Assembly (NCBI GenBank): GCA_963842525.1
Contig: CAWJGT010000017.1
Span: 1-18,661 of the forward strand
DNA from: an uncultured Holophagales bacterium
GTDB taxonomy: Bacteria; Acidobacteriota; Thermoanaerobaculia; Multivoradales; UBA5704
Length of the DNA: 18,661 bases
Direction: 5' to 3'
Program-made: the position numbers and the translations under genes
The notes under the pieces: generated by a model
The model's input: the letters and a program-made list of their open reading frames with translations, nothing else
The model's database searches: none
Told to the model about the DNA's origin: nothing
Shown here: in pieces, positions 9,149 to 18,661 of the stretch
How the letters are laid out: each line of letters opens with the position of its first letter
Position numbering within the stretch: the first letter of the stretch is position 1

Positions 9149-10730
9149 CGAGGGCGAGCGGCTACCGACCTGGAGCCACGGATAACTCGTGGCGAGAACT
9201 GTTACGGTGGCTGTGACGCAGGAAGTATTGCCTCAAGCTTCGGTAGCTGGGGGCTGCGCAGAAGCTGGGGCAAGATCTCGAGTGTCCCGACTTGGTGTTG
9301 CTGAAATGTGCGCAGGGCACTCATCAAGACCGCTTGCGCCTGGGACCCCTCGGCCGTCCGATTTCCCCCAGATGTCTTGCGGTTGATGACCGCCGGGCGA
9401 ATCCCTTGTTCGGCCGGCCAATTGGTCGCCTCCACATCCGTGCGTTCCAGGAAGACAAACAGCTGCTCCTGGTGACGTATCAAATGCTGAGCCAGACGCT
9501 GGTTGTCGGGGTTCGTGAACTGCCCCGACAGACGCCTTTCCATCTGGAGCTCCAAGTCCTGCTTGACCTTCTCCAGCGCCTCGCCGCTGAGCTTGCCCGC
9601 GTCCCGCTGATCTCGCGCCTCCAAGGCGGCCTGCAGGATCTCTTTCACCGCCCGAGGAAAGCGCACCGCACCCCCTGTCGCCTTCTCCAGCAGCTCCTCG
9701 CAACGGCGCAACAGATGCGCCAGACAGGTCTGATGAGTCGCTTCTTCAAATTTCTGATAGGGAGCCCAACCATCAGCCACCAGCACGCCGACAAAGCCCT
9801 CCCCCAGGACCTCAGAGGCCTCGGCATAGCCACGACCCGGCTGGATGCTGTAGACCGTCTCGCTGCGATTGGTGAACACCCACAACCACACGCTATAGCC
9901 CCCCTCCCGCCAGCCCGTCTCGTCCGGGTACACCACAGGAGAGGCTCCGGATCTTCGCCTTCAGCTCCTCGTACAAGGGCTCCAGCTTCTTACTCATGCG
10001 AAGCAGCGCGCGGCACAGGGCCGAGCGCGACACAGACAGTCCAGCCAGCTCCTTCAGCAACGCGGCGATCTTGCCGTAGCTCAAGCCTCCGACCTTGTTG
10101 AGCCAGGCGGCGAGCCCCAACACGTTTGGACCGAGTTGCACGTTGCCGACCCGGAACGCCTGGGAAGTCTGGCGCGGGTGACGCCCCACAGCTTCCCGGC
10201 CACATGCCGAGCACTTCCCATAATGGAGGATGAACTCCGTCGTCACCGGCCGAATCGGCGGCAGATCGGTCTGATACTGGCGAGCTTCGCCCTGCGGAAT
10301 GACCTGACCCCCACAGTGCTCACAATACAGCGGGCACTCCACCACGATGGTTTCGTCGACGTGATCGGGCACAGCTCGAGTCGCTTGCTGACCATATTGA
10401 TCCCCGGCTTTGCGCCCTGGAGACTTGGGATCCTCGCTCGGATCTCCCTTCGAGAAGGGGGCAGCCTGGCGTTTGCCCCGGCGCCGTAGCTCCTCGACAA
10501 GTTTCTCCAGATCGACGATTCGGCGCTTCAGGTGCGCAATCTGGCGCTCCTGCTCCTCCACCCGCTGGCGAAGCTCACCGTTGTCTTGGCGAAGCTCAGA
10601 GTTCTCTTGAAGGAGTTCCTCGTAAGTCGGCATGCCTGAAAGACATTAGACCATGCCGAGAAGAGAACTTCAAGCCCTTGCGGACGTGCCACCGCTCGGG
10701 GAAGGCGGCACTAGGGCGGTAAACAGATAC
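9073..10730 (-). mobile_element. IS66-family insertion sequence, single-ORF (ISBst12-group-like), 1658 bp
   Basis: Perfect 14-bp terminal inverted repeats GTATCTGTTTACCG (9073-9086) and CGGTAAACAGATAC (10717-10730) enclose one transposase, with no tnpA/tnpB accessory genes. Flanks CTTTCAAG and GCTCATTC do not match. Confidence 0.92.
9202..10633 (-). CDS. IS66-family DDE transposase, with a +1 frameshift at about 9943-9944
   Basis: N-terminal coiled coil; zinc finger CEHC...CSAC; catalytic region DETGWR, VADGW, QTCLAHLLR and TNWPAEQGIR. Removing one base joins the two ORFs as KIRSSPVVYPDETGW. Confidence 0.92.
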
Positions 10731-10752
10731 GCTCATTCTTACATCGCAGCCG

Positions 10753-11178
10753 TCACCTCGTCACCTCCCCATCCTCGTACACGAACGTAACCGGCCTCTC
10801 GATGTCGGGGTGGAGGCTCTGGTGGACGGGGCAGGTGAGGGCGGTGCGCTCGAGCTTCTGGCGCTGGTCGGGGGTGAGGCCTTTCGGCATCTGAATCGTC
10901 ACGGGGATGCGGCTGATCCGGCGCGGGCTGGCAGACATGTGTTTCTCCAGTTGGAAGGAGACGCTGCTCATGTCGATGCCGTCGCGCTCGGCGACGATGG
11001 CCATCACGGTGACCATGCAGGTGCCGAGCGCTACCGAGGCGAGGTCGGTGGGCGAGAAGGAGCTGCCGTCTCCCTGGTTGTCCACCGGGGCCGCAGTCTT
11101 GATCTGCGTGCCCGAGGGGCCGTGGGTCAGCTCCACTTTGAGGTTGCCGATGTACCTGCCCGTCATCTCGACCGCCAT
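10753..11178 (-). CDS. OsmC/Ohr family protein
   Basis: APVDNQG..SFSPTDL...LGTC and TCPVHQSL give the two conserved Cys. AAGGAG RBS upstream of ATG 11178. Confidence 0.9.
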   Translation of the reverse strand: MAVEMTGRYIGNLKVELTHGPSGTQIKTAAPVDNQGDGSSFSPTDLASVALGTCMVTVMAIVAERDGIDMSSVSFQLEKHMSASPRRISRIPVTIQMPKGLTPDQRQKLERTALTCPVHQSLHPDIERPVTFVYEDGEVTR

Positions 11179-11232
11179 GGCTCGCTCCTTTCTCATCCCG
11201 GCGAGCATACCAGCCTCCGGTCGGGCGCTATC

Positions 11233-12252
11233 ATGCGGCCCGTGCAGTGCACGTTCTTCCTGAGCGGTGAAGAGGACCTCGACCACCTGCGCGGGCTCGA
11301 TCCCGACCACGACTGGCGGGCCTTCCAGCGCGGCGAGCGCATCTGGATCCTTCAGGCCTTCCTGCGGCTCGCCAGCGCCGGGTACCCCGTGCAGCTCGCG
11401 GGAGAGCCTCCCGAGGAGGGCCTCGTCGTCTTCCACGCCAAGCAGGCCGGGGCCTTGCGGCGCGCGCGGCGGCGGATGCGCGACGTGGTCCTGGTCGGCG
11501 TCCGGGCGGACAACCGCGAGCCGCTCCTGGCCGACTTCGAGATCGTGCAGAACGGCCGCTTCGCCGACGGTCGGAAGCGTTTCTTCGTTCCCCACTGGCC
11601 CCAGCCGGGTTTGATCCCGCGCGATCCCGCCCGCGGCACCCGGATCGAGCGCATCGCCTACAAGGGGTTCGATGCCAACCTCCACCCCGGCTTCCGCTCT
11701 GCGGAATGGACCGGCTTCCTCGCCGGCCTCGGCATCGAGTGGGTGGTCGACTCCGTCGAGTTTGCGGGCGAGCAGACGGACCGGCTCGTCCTGGAGTGGC
11801 CCGACTTCCGGACGGTCGACGTGTTCCTCGCCGTCCGGCCCGAGGGTCGGAGGCGGGAGCCGGCGCTGCGCACCTCGAAACCGGCCACCAAGCTCTACAA
11901 TGCCTGGCTGGCCGGCGTCCCTTCGGTCCTGGGGCCCGAACATGCGTTCCGCGAGCTGCGTCAGTCTGATCTCGACTATCAGGAGGCGGCCTCCGTCGAG
12001 GAGGCGAAGTCTGCCGTCCTCCGCCTGCGGGACGATCCGGGCCTCTATCAGACCATGGTGGAGAACGGCCGCCGCCGTGGCGCGGGCTTCACGGCCGAGG
12101 CCCTGGTCCCGCGCTGGGCGGAGCTGCTCTTCGAGACGATTCCGGCCCTTGCTGCATCCCCACGCAGCCGGCTCATCCGTGGCATGCCGTTGCCGGTGCG
12201 GTCCGCGGCGAGGTGGCTGGCGCGGAAGGCCGTGCTGCGGCCGGCTCGATGA
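11233..12252 (+). CDS. Glycosyltransferase-like protein (GT-B fold); start may be GTG 11242
   Basis: Host-like codon usage. [20 protein letters not shown] and a C-terminal '[18 protein letters not shown]...F...W' helix resemble GT-B nucleotide-sugar binding domains. Confidence 0.65.
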   Translation: MRPVQCTFFLSGEEDLDHLRGLDPDHDWRAFQRGERIWILQAFLRLASAGYPVQLAGEPPEEGLVVFHAKQAGALRRARRRMRDVVLVGVRADNREPLLADFEIVQNGRFADGRKRFFVPHWPQPGLIPRDPARGTRIERIAYKGFDANLHPGFRSAEWTGFLAGLGIEWVVDSVEFAGEQTDRLVLEWPDFRTVDVFLAVRPEGRRREPALRTSKPATKLYNAWLAGVPSVLGPEHAFRELRQSDLDYQEAASVEEAKSAVLRLRDDPGLYQTMVENGRRRGAGFTAEALVPRWAELLFETIPALAASPRSRLIRGMPLPVRSAARWLARKAVLRPAR

Positions 12253-12268
12253 GATATCGTCCGACGCC

Positions 12269-13054
12269 ATGACCGAAATTCCTGGGAAGCTTTTCGACCT
12301 CACCGGCCGGGTGGCCGTGGTGACCGGCGCCTCGCGCGGGATCGGCGAGGCCATTGCGCGGGCCCTTGCGGCGGCCGGAGCGCGGGTGGTCCTGGCGAGC
12401 CGCAAGCTGGAGGGCCTCCAGGCCGTGGCCGACGGCATTCAGGCGGATGGCGGCGAGGCGATCGCCGTGGCCTGCCACACCGGGCGCGCTGCCGACGCCG
12501 AGGCGCTCGTCGTCCGTGCCGAGGAGGCCTACGGCGGCGTGGACGTGCTGGTCAACAACGCGGCCACCAGCCCGCACTTCGGGCCGCTTCTCGACGCCGA
12601 GGAGTCGCACTGGGACAAGACCTTCGAGGTGAATGTGAAGGGCTATGTCCACACGGTGAAGGCCTGCGTGCCGCGGATGCGCGCCCGCGGCGGCGGACGG
12701 ATCGTCAACATCGCCTCGGTGGCCGGCCTGGTGCCGCACGGCGGGTTGGGCGTCTACGGCGTGACCAAGGCGGCGGTCCTGATGCTGACCAGGACCCTGG
12801 CGGCCGAGCTGGCGCGGGACAGCATCCGGGTCAACGCCATCGCGCCCGGTCTGATCGAGACCCGCTTCAGCGAGGCGCTGTGGTCCACGCCCGAGGCCCG
12901 GGAGCGGGCGCTGCGCGCCATCCCGCAGCGGCGGATCGGGACGACGGACGACCTGATCGGCGCCGCCCTCTACCTGGCGAGCGACGCTTCGGCCTACACG
13001 ACCGGAGCGGTGCTGGTGGTGGACGGCGGCCAGACGCTGGGTGGGGCGTACTGA
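12269..13054 (+). CDS. Short-chain dehydrogenase/reductase (classical SDR, DHRS4-like)
   Basis: [16 protein letters not shown], catalytic [14 protein letters not shown] and VDGG. Confidence 0.93.
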   Translation: MTEIPGKLFDLTGRVAVVTGASRGIGEAIARALAAAGARVVLASRKLEGLQAVADGIQADGGEAIAVACHTGRAADAEALVVRAEEAYGGVDVLVNNAATSPHFGPLLDAEESHWDKTFEVNVKGYVHTVKACVPRMRARGGGRIVNIASVAGLVPHGGLGVYGVTKAAVLMLTRTLAAELARDSIRVNAIAPGLIETRFSEALWSTPEARERALRAIPQRRIGTTDDLIGAALYLASDASAYTTGAVLVVDGGQTLGGAY

Positions 13055-14043
13055 TCCATCACCTCGCCGAGCTGATCGACGTCGCGGAAGAAATCCCCGC
13101 CGGCCCCTTCGAGCCATTCGGCCTCCAGCTTGTCGAAGAGCCGGTCCCGCCGGTTGCGGTTGAGCCGGGCGAGGGCGATCAGCCCTGATTCGCGTCCGCG
13201 GCGGCGCTCGGCGCGGAGGAGCTTCTCGTCGGGCACCTCCTGGAGCGAGAGGTCGTAGAGCCGGCGGATGCGCTCGGCGGCGGCGAGCTCGGTGGCCTCG
13301 CGCAGCTCGGTCTCCAGGACGTGCGCGTCGTGCAATTCGCCGAGCAGGTCCTGGAGCGTCTTGAGCCGCTTGACCAGGGGACCGGCGGCGGGGACTTCGT
13401 CCACGAATGGCTCCAGCAGGTAGCGGACGCGCTTGGCGGCGATCCGCGCCTGGTGGGCCTCCTGCTCGTCGTCGGCGTCCTCGATGCGGGCGAGGTGCGC
13501 TTCGAGCTCGGCGGCCTGCCGGCGCAGGATCTCGGCCGTGGCGTCGGCGAGCGTCGGCCGGCGGGCTCCGGAGGCGAGGTGGACCTCGGCGCGATAGACC
13601 GAGAGCCGGTGCCGGAGCTCGCCTTCGAGGTCGGGGAACTTGTCCGCCACGCGTTCGTTGAGCTCGGCATAGGCCTCGCGCATCCGCTCGTCCAGCCGGC
13701 CGATCAGCCAGGCCAGGCCGGCCCGGTGGTGCGACGCCAGGTGCTTGCCGCGCGGGCGCAGCCATTCGATCTGGACCTCCGTATCCCGGCCGGGGCCGGT
13801 GGCCTGGGCCAGCTTGCGCAGGCGCCGTGCCAGCTTCTTGGGAACGCTCTTGTCGAGCAGCGAACGGTAGGCCCGCAGGCAGCTCCGCAGCCGGCGCAGG
13901 GCAACCCGGAAGTCGTGCAGCGCCTCGGCGTCGGCGGAGTCTTCCAGGCGCGGGAAGGCCGCCGCCGCCTGGTCGAGGAACGAGAGCGCCAGGAGCCGAG
14001 CACCCTCTTCAGGAGGCCGGGGGAGGAGCCCGGTCGCATCCAT
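12994..14043 (-). CDS. CHAD domain protein (polyphosphate-binding)
   Basis: [38 protein letters not shown] and [13 protein letters not shown]. Confidence 0.9.
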   Translation of the reverse strand: MDATGLLPRPPEEGARLLALSFLDQAAAAFPRLEDSADAEALHDFRVALRRLRSCLRAYRSLLDKSVPKKLARRLRKLAQATGPGRDTEVQIEWLRPRGKHLASHHRAGLAWLIGRLDERMREAYAELNERVADKFPDLEGELRHRLSVYRAEVHLASGARRPTLADATAEILRRQAAELEAHLARIEDADDEQEAHQARIAAKRVRYLLEPFVDEVPAAGPLVKRLKTLQDLLGELHDAHVLETELREATELAAAERIRRLYDLSLQEVPDEKLLRAERRRGRESGLIALARLNRNRRDRLFDKLEAEWLEGAGGDFFRDVDQLGEVMDQYAPPSVWPPSTTSTAPVV

Positions 14044-14047
14044 GGCG

Positions 14048-14551
14048 TCAGTCCGCCAGCTCCCGGAGCTGGGCCGGGGTCAGCGCCCAGAGCAGCGTCG
14101 CGGTCCCGGCGGCGGGCTCGTCATTGAATTCGAGCAGGCAGGCCCCGCCTTTGCGGAAGGCGAAGATCCGGCGCTCGGTGCCGGTCAGGAGCCAGGAGAG
14201 GATCAGGCTGATGCTGGGCTCGTGCCCGACCGCGGCTACGCACTTCTCCTTGCGCTTGCGGAGCCAGCGGAGGAAGTCCTCGGGCGTGGAATCGGGGGAG
14301 AGCTGCTCGATCTCGACCTCCTTGAGGCCGTCGTAGGCCGAGTCGAGGATGGCACCGGTCTGGGCGGCGCGCGTCAGCGGGCTGGTCGCCAGCAGGTCGA
14401 TGTCGGGGGCGACCTTGCGGAGCCCCTTGGCCGCCCGCTTCATCTTCTTCCGGCCCTCGTCGGTCAACGGCCGGAGACGGTCGTCCTTTCCCGTGCGGGC
14501 GAAATCCTCGCGCTCCTCGGCAATGGCATGGCGAATCAAGAGCAGTTTCAT
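14048..14551 (-). CDS. sixA: SixA-type phosphohistidine phosphatase
   Basis: LLLIRHA, RPLTDEG, TSPLTRAAQT, VGHEP and FRKGG. Stop lies 4 nt before the CHAD start. Confidence 0.88.
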   Translation of the reverse strand: MKLLLIRHAIAEEREDFARTGKDDRLRPLTDEGRKKMKRAAKGLRKVAPDIDLLATSPLTRAAQTGAILDSAYDGLKEVEIEQLSPDSTPEDFLRWLRKRKEKCVAAVGHEPSISLILSWLLTGTERRIFAFRKGGACLLEFNDEPAAGTATLLWALTPAQLRELAD

Positions 14552-14611
14552 GCGGTACACATAACGCGTTCCGCCGATCTTTGCAAAAGCAGTCCTGTGA
14601 CAAAGCGCGGA

Positions 14612-14643
14612 CCCTCTCCCCCAAGCTGGACCGGGGGAGAGGG
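14612..14643. terminator. Stem-loop downstream of the Spy-like gene (terminator or REP-like)
   Basis: CCCTCTCCCCC-N10-GGGGGAGAGGG, a perfect 11-bp stem with only a weak U-tract. Confidence 0.55.
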
Positions 14644-14671
14644 GAACGGAGCCGGGGAGGAGAGGACGGCC

Positions 14672-15121
14672 CTACGCGTCCTCGCCGCCGAGGAGCCGCG
14701 CAGCCTCCTTGAGGGCCTCGTACTTCCGTTTCTGCTCGGGGGTGAGGATCGCGGTGAACTTCGTGTCGAACTCCGCGCGGGCGGCCTCCAGCTTCTTGTG
14801 GTTCTCCTGGATGTCGAGCACCGTGTCGCCGATCGCGCAGGCGCTCGGGCTGGCGGCCGCGAGCTGGTCGTCGAGCTGCTCGCGCAGCGCCTTCTGCGCC
14901 TCGTGGATCGGCTTGGTCGTGGCCTGGAGCTCCTGGGACAGCGTCTTGAGAGTCGCCTGCTGCGCGGGCGTCAGCTTCAGGTAGCGGGCGAGCGCCCGGG
15001 GGTTGCGCAGGATCTCGCCCGGGTTCGGCCGCTTGGCGTTGGCCTCGATCTGGGCCATCGCGGGCAGAGCGAGGAGGAACGTCGCGAGGGCCGTCAACAG
15101 CAGGGTCTTCGTCTTCATCAT
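14672..15121 (-). CDS. Spy/CpxP family periplasmic chaperone-like protein
   Basis: Signal peptide ending AMA-Q; two LTxxQ motifs (LTPAQ, LTPEQ); helical composition; AAGGAG RBS. Confidence 0.85.
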   Translation of the reverse strand: MMKTKTLLLTALATFLLALPAMAQIEANAKRPNPGEILRNPRALARYLKLTPAQQATLKTLSQELQATTKPIHEAQKALREQLDDQLAAASPSACAIGDTVLDIQENHKKLEAARAEFDTKFTAILTPEQKRKYEALKEAARLLGGEDA

Positions 15122-15275
15122 CGGCAGACTCCTTTCGGTCGGTTGGCGTGGAGCCAAGTGCTTCTTTCCCCCTGGAACCCACGGGCTGCGAATTTCCTAC
15201 GCCTGGCCTGTGATACCGTTTGCACCCATCCGCGCGCCCGGTCCCGCGCGCTGTTTCGGAGGATCGATCCGAGCC

Positions 15276-16389
15276 ATGGCCCCGCGGGAGGATCTCAAGC
15301 ATACGCCGCTTCACGCCTGCCATGTCGAGGCGGGCGCGCGTCTGGTCGAATTCGCCGGCTGGGAGATGCCGGTGCAGTACGAGGGTGTCATCGAAGAGCA
15401 CCGCGCCGTGCGCACGGCCGCCGGGCTCTTCGACGTGTCGCACATGGGCGAGATCCGGGTCCGCGGCACGGGCGCCGAGGCTCTGCTCCAGCGGCTCACC
15501 CCGAACGACGTCGCCAAGCTCGCCCCGGGGCGCGCCCACTACAGCGGCTTCCTGACCGAGCGGGGCACCTATGTCGACGACCTGCTGATCTACCGGCTGG
15601 CCGCCGACGACTTCCTCGTCGTGGTCAACGCCTCGAACGCGGCCAAGGACTTCGACTGGATCGCCTCGCGGGCCGGCTCATCAGGGGCCGAGGTGACGGA
15701 CGAGAGCGACCGCTATGCCCTGATCGCTCTCCAGGGGCCGAAGGCGGTGGAGATCCTGGCGCCGCTTGCCAGCCCCGGCGCGATCGAGCTGCGCTACTAC
15801 GGCTTCCTGCAGGGGGAGGTGGCCGGCCGGCCGGCCCTGATCTCGCGCACCGGCTACACCGGGGAGGACGGCTTCGAGCCTCTACGTGGACTCCGGCGAC
15901 GCGGCCGAGATCTGGCGCCGCCTGCTCGAAGACGGGGCTCCCGCCGGATTGAAGCCGGCCGGCCTCGGGGCGCGCGACACGCTGCGGCTCGACGCCGCCA
16001 TGGCCCTCTACGGCCACGAGATCGACGACACCACCACTCCGTTGGAGGCGGGCCTGGGCTGGGTGGTCAAGCTCGACAAGGGGGATTTCCTGGGCCGCGA
16101 CGTCCTGGCAGCGCAGAAAGAGAAGGGGCTCGACCGCAAGCTGGTCGGCTTCGAGGTGAGAGAGCGGGGAATCGCGCGCCAGGGGCACGCGGTTGTGTCG
16201 CAGGAGGACGGAGGCAAGGTGGGTGCGGTCACCAGTGGGACCTGGAGCCCGACCTTCGAAAAGGCGCTCGGCATGGCCTACGTTCCGGCGGACCTGTCCG
16301 CTCCCGGCACCCCGCTGAGCCTCGACGTGCGCGGCAAGCGGCTCGCGGCCGAGGTGGTCGCCCTGCCGTTCTATCGCCGGCCGAAATAA
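15276..16389 (+). CDS. gcvT: Glycine cleavage aminomethyltransferase T, with a +1 frameshift at 15879-15880
   Basis: [26 protein letters not shown] and [10 protein letters not shown]. Deleting one C restores [22 protein letters not shown]. Confidence 0.95.
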
Positions 16390-16415
16390 AAAGGGGCGGC
16401 CAGATGCCGGATCAA

Positions 16416-16443
16416 TTGCCAAACCGATCTTTGATGGTATAAC
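16416..16443 (+). promoter_or_regulatory. Sigma70-type promoter upstream of gcvH
   Basis: TTGCCA-N16-TATAAC, with an extended -10 (TGnTATAAC), in an AT-rich patch. Confidence 0.7.
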
Positions 16444-16533
16444 TAAACGAGTCCCGCCGCAGCGAACACCGCTTCGTTCCGTCTCGTGCGTTGACTCCGG
16501 CACGGGCGGATTTTCAGGGAGGAGCGATCGAGG

Positions 16534-16920
16534 ATGTATCCGACGGATTATCTCTATTCGAGGGAACACGAGTGGATCCGCGTCGAAGACGACATCTGCA
16601 TCCTGGGCATCACCGATTTCGCGCAGCAGGAGCTGGGCGAGGTGGTGTTCGTCGAGCTGCCGGAAGTCGGCCAGGTCTTCGACGCCAATGACGAGATCGG
16701 CACGATCGAATCGGTCAAAGCCGTCGCCGAGGTCTACACCCCGGTGGCCGGCGAGATCATCGAGATCAACGACGCCGTGGTCGACGACCCCGAGCTGCTC
16801 AACGAAGACCCGCACAGCGAGGGCTGGCTCCTCAAGATCCGGTTCTCCTCGGCGGACGACCTCAAGCAGCTCATGAAAGCCCAGCAGTACGAGGAGTTCG
16901 TGAAAAGTGGAGAAGCTTGA
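16534..16920 (+). CDS. gcvH: Glycine cleavage system H protein
   Basis: [23 protein letters not shown], lipoyl-Lys motif IESVKAV, and NEDP..EGWL. GGAGGAG RBS. Confidence 0.97.
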   Translation: MYPTDYLYSREHEWIRVEDDICILGITDFAQQELGEVVFVELPEVGQVFDANDEIGTIESVKAVAEVYTPVAGEIIEINDAVVDDPELLNEDPHSEGWLLKIRFSSADDLKQLMKAQQYEEFVKSGEA

Positions 16921-18661
16921 GGCCTCCCCTGGGGCGGTCGCCGCGCCACCCCCCGACGAGCCGTTCCTGGACCTCGGAGCCCGCCCGGCCTCGGCCGGAG
17001 CCCGGGCCGCCCTCGATCCCACCGACACCTTCGTCCGCCGCCACATCGGACCGGACGAGGACGAGGTCCGGGAGATGCTCGGGGTGCTCGGCCTCGATTC
17101 GCTCGATGCGCTGGTGCGCGAGACCGTGCCCGCGACCATCCGCCTGCACGGCCGCCTCGCGCTGACGTCGATCCCGTCCGACCGCCAGCTCGGCGAGCGC
17201 GAGGTCCTGGACGCCCTGCGGCGGCTGGCCGAGCGCAACCAGGTCTTCCGCTCGTACCTGGGGATGGGCTATCACGACTGCGTCATCCCCGGCGTGATCC
17301 AGCGCAACGTCCTGGAGAGCCCCGGTTGGTACACCCAGTACACGCCGTACCAGGCCGAGATCTCCCAGGGCCGCCTCGAGGCGCTCCTCAACTTCCAGAC
17401 CCTGGTGGCCGACCTGACCGGCCTGCCGGTCGCCAACGCCTCGCTCCTCGACGAAGCGACCGCCGCGGCCGAGGCCATGCACATGTGCATGGGCCTGACC
17501 AAGGACGAGCGCAACGTCTTCTTCGTGGCCGGCGACTGCCATCCGCAGACGATCGAGGTGGTCAGGACCCGCGCCGATGCCCTCGGCGTCGAGATCCTGG
17601 TCGGAAGGTCCCAGGACCTCACCGAGGCCGATCTGGACGATGTCTTCGGGGTCCTCGTCCAATATCCGGCGACGGACGGCCGGATCGTGGACTACAGCCA
17701 TGTGGCCGAGCAGGCCCACCAGGCCGGCGCCTTCGTGGTGGCCGCCACCGACCTCCTGGCGCTGACCCTGCTGCGGCCGCCCGCGGACTTCGGCGCGGAC
17801 GTGGCCATCGGCTCGGCGCAGCGTTTCGGCGTGCCTCTGGGCTACGGCGGCCCGCACGCGGCGTTCCTCGCCACCCGGGACGAGTACAAGCGGCAGATCC
17901 CCGGCCGGATCATCGGCGTCTCGCGCGACCGCCGCGGCCGCATGGCCCTGCGCATGGCGATGCAGACGCGCGAGCAGCACATCCGGCGCGAGAAGGCGAC
18001 GAGCAACATCTGCACCGCGCAGGTCCTCCTCGCGGTCATGGCCGGCATGTACGCGGTCTACCACGGCCCGGACGGGTTGCGCCAGATCGCCCGCCGGGTG
18101 CATGCCCTGACCGCCGCCCTCGCCGAGGGGTTGCGCCGCCTGAGCTACGACGTGGGGAGCGAGCCCTTCTTCGACACCCTGCGCGTGGAGTCGGCGCCCG
18201 CTCGGCCGACGAGGTGATCGCAGCCGCCCGCGAGCGGCGGATCAACCTCCGCAAGCTGGGAGAGCGCACCGTGGGGATCGCCCTCGACGAGGCGGCCACC
18301 GCGGCGGACGTCGACACCCTCCTCGAAGTCTTCGAGGAAGGCGACCGCATGGTCGGCGCCACGGCCGAGGAGCTTGCCGCGGCGGTGGACCTCGACCTCC
18401 CGGCGCCGCACGCGCGTAACCCTGAGACGTCGGAAATCCTGAGCCATCCGGTCTTCCACCGCTACCACACCGAGCACGAGATGCTGCGCTACATCAAGCG
18501 GCTGGAGGGGCGCGACCTGTCTCTCACCACCTCCATGATCCCGCTCGGCTCGTGCCCGATGAAGCTGAACGCGACGGCGGGATGGTGCCGATCTCCTGGC
18601 CCGGCTTCAACGCCATCCATCCGTTCGCTCCGCCCGAGCAGACCGAGGGCTACCGGGTGCT
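16907..18661 (+). CDS. gcvP: Glycine dehydrogenase (decarboxylating) P, single-chain type, 3'-partial, with frameshifts at about 18191 and 18580
   Basis: [37 protein letters not shown] and [18 protein letters not shown]. After adding one base it continues INLR...[30 protein letters not shown], then IHPFAP. Confidence 0.95.

Noticed and set aside
9893-9960. Programmed ribosomal frameshift in the transposase
   Set aside because: No slippery heptamer at the junction, and the same GAGCCTC anomaly occurs in gcvT.
9061-10740. GCTCCTTTC (9061) versus GCTCATTC (10731) as a target-site duplication
   Set aside because: Imperfect, and the left copy does not abut the inverted repeat.
10753-12438. 561-aa OsmC fusion and 480/460-aa extended ORFs in the ORF track
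   Set aside because: The extensions overlap genuine genes. RBS position and family motifs support starts at 11178, 11233/11242 and 12269.
15122-15275. Glycine riboswitch upstream of gcvT
   Set aside because: No recognisable GGAGA...GAAG...CAGG aptamer core; the short gap is shared with the divergent Spy-like gene.
16907-18661. Split gcvPA/gcvPB architecture suggested by the stop at 18217
   Set aside because: Adding one base at about 18191 gives a continuous single-chain GcvP sequence through the domain linker.

Overview
GC-rich bacterial window with two defence-type loci set among housekeeping genes. From left to right: a possible tRNA 3' end and a strong terminator; a minus-strand Septu-like pair (PtuA-like ABC/AAA ATPase plus PtuB-like HNH nuclease) with no retron reverse transcriptase; a large secreted Asp-box/VPS10 beta-propeller protein; and a type I restriction locus. 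That locus has an EcoEI-like hsdR and an hsdS cut just after its first target-recognition domain by a 1658-bp single-ORF IS66-family element. The IS has 14-bp perfect terminal inverted repeats but no target-site duplication, and hsdM is absent, which points to an IS-mediated deletion. The right half holds OsmC, a glycosyltransferase-like gene, an SDR, a CHAD + SixA pair, a Spy/CpxP-like chaperone and gcvT-gcvH-gcvP (running off the end). Five single-base frameshifts interrupt otherwise intact genes (hsdR, transposase, gcvT, gcvP twice). Up to three fall on the first C of a GAGCTC site, which may be a methylation footprint in long-read errors. No clearly new multi-gene system is proven. The best leads are the half-HsdS, the variant Septu-like ATPase, the GAGCTC error pattern and a structured leader in front of gcvH.
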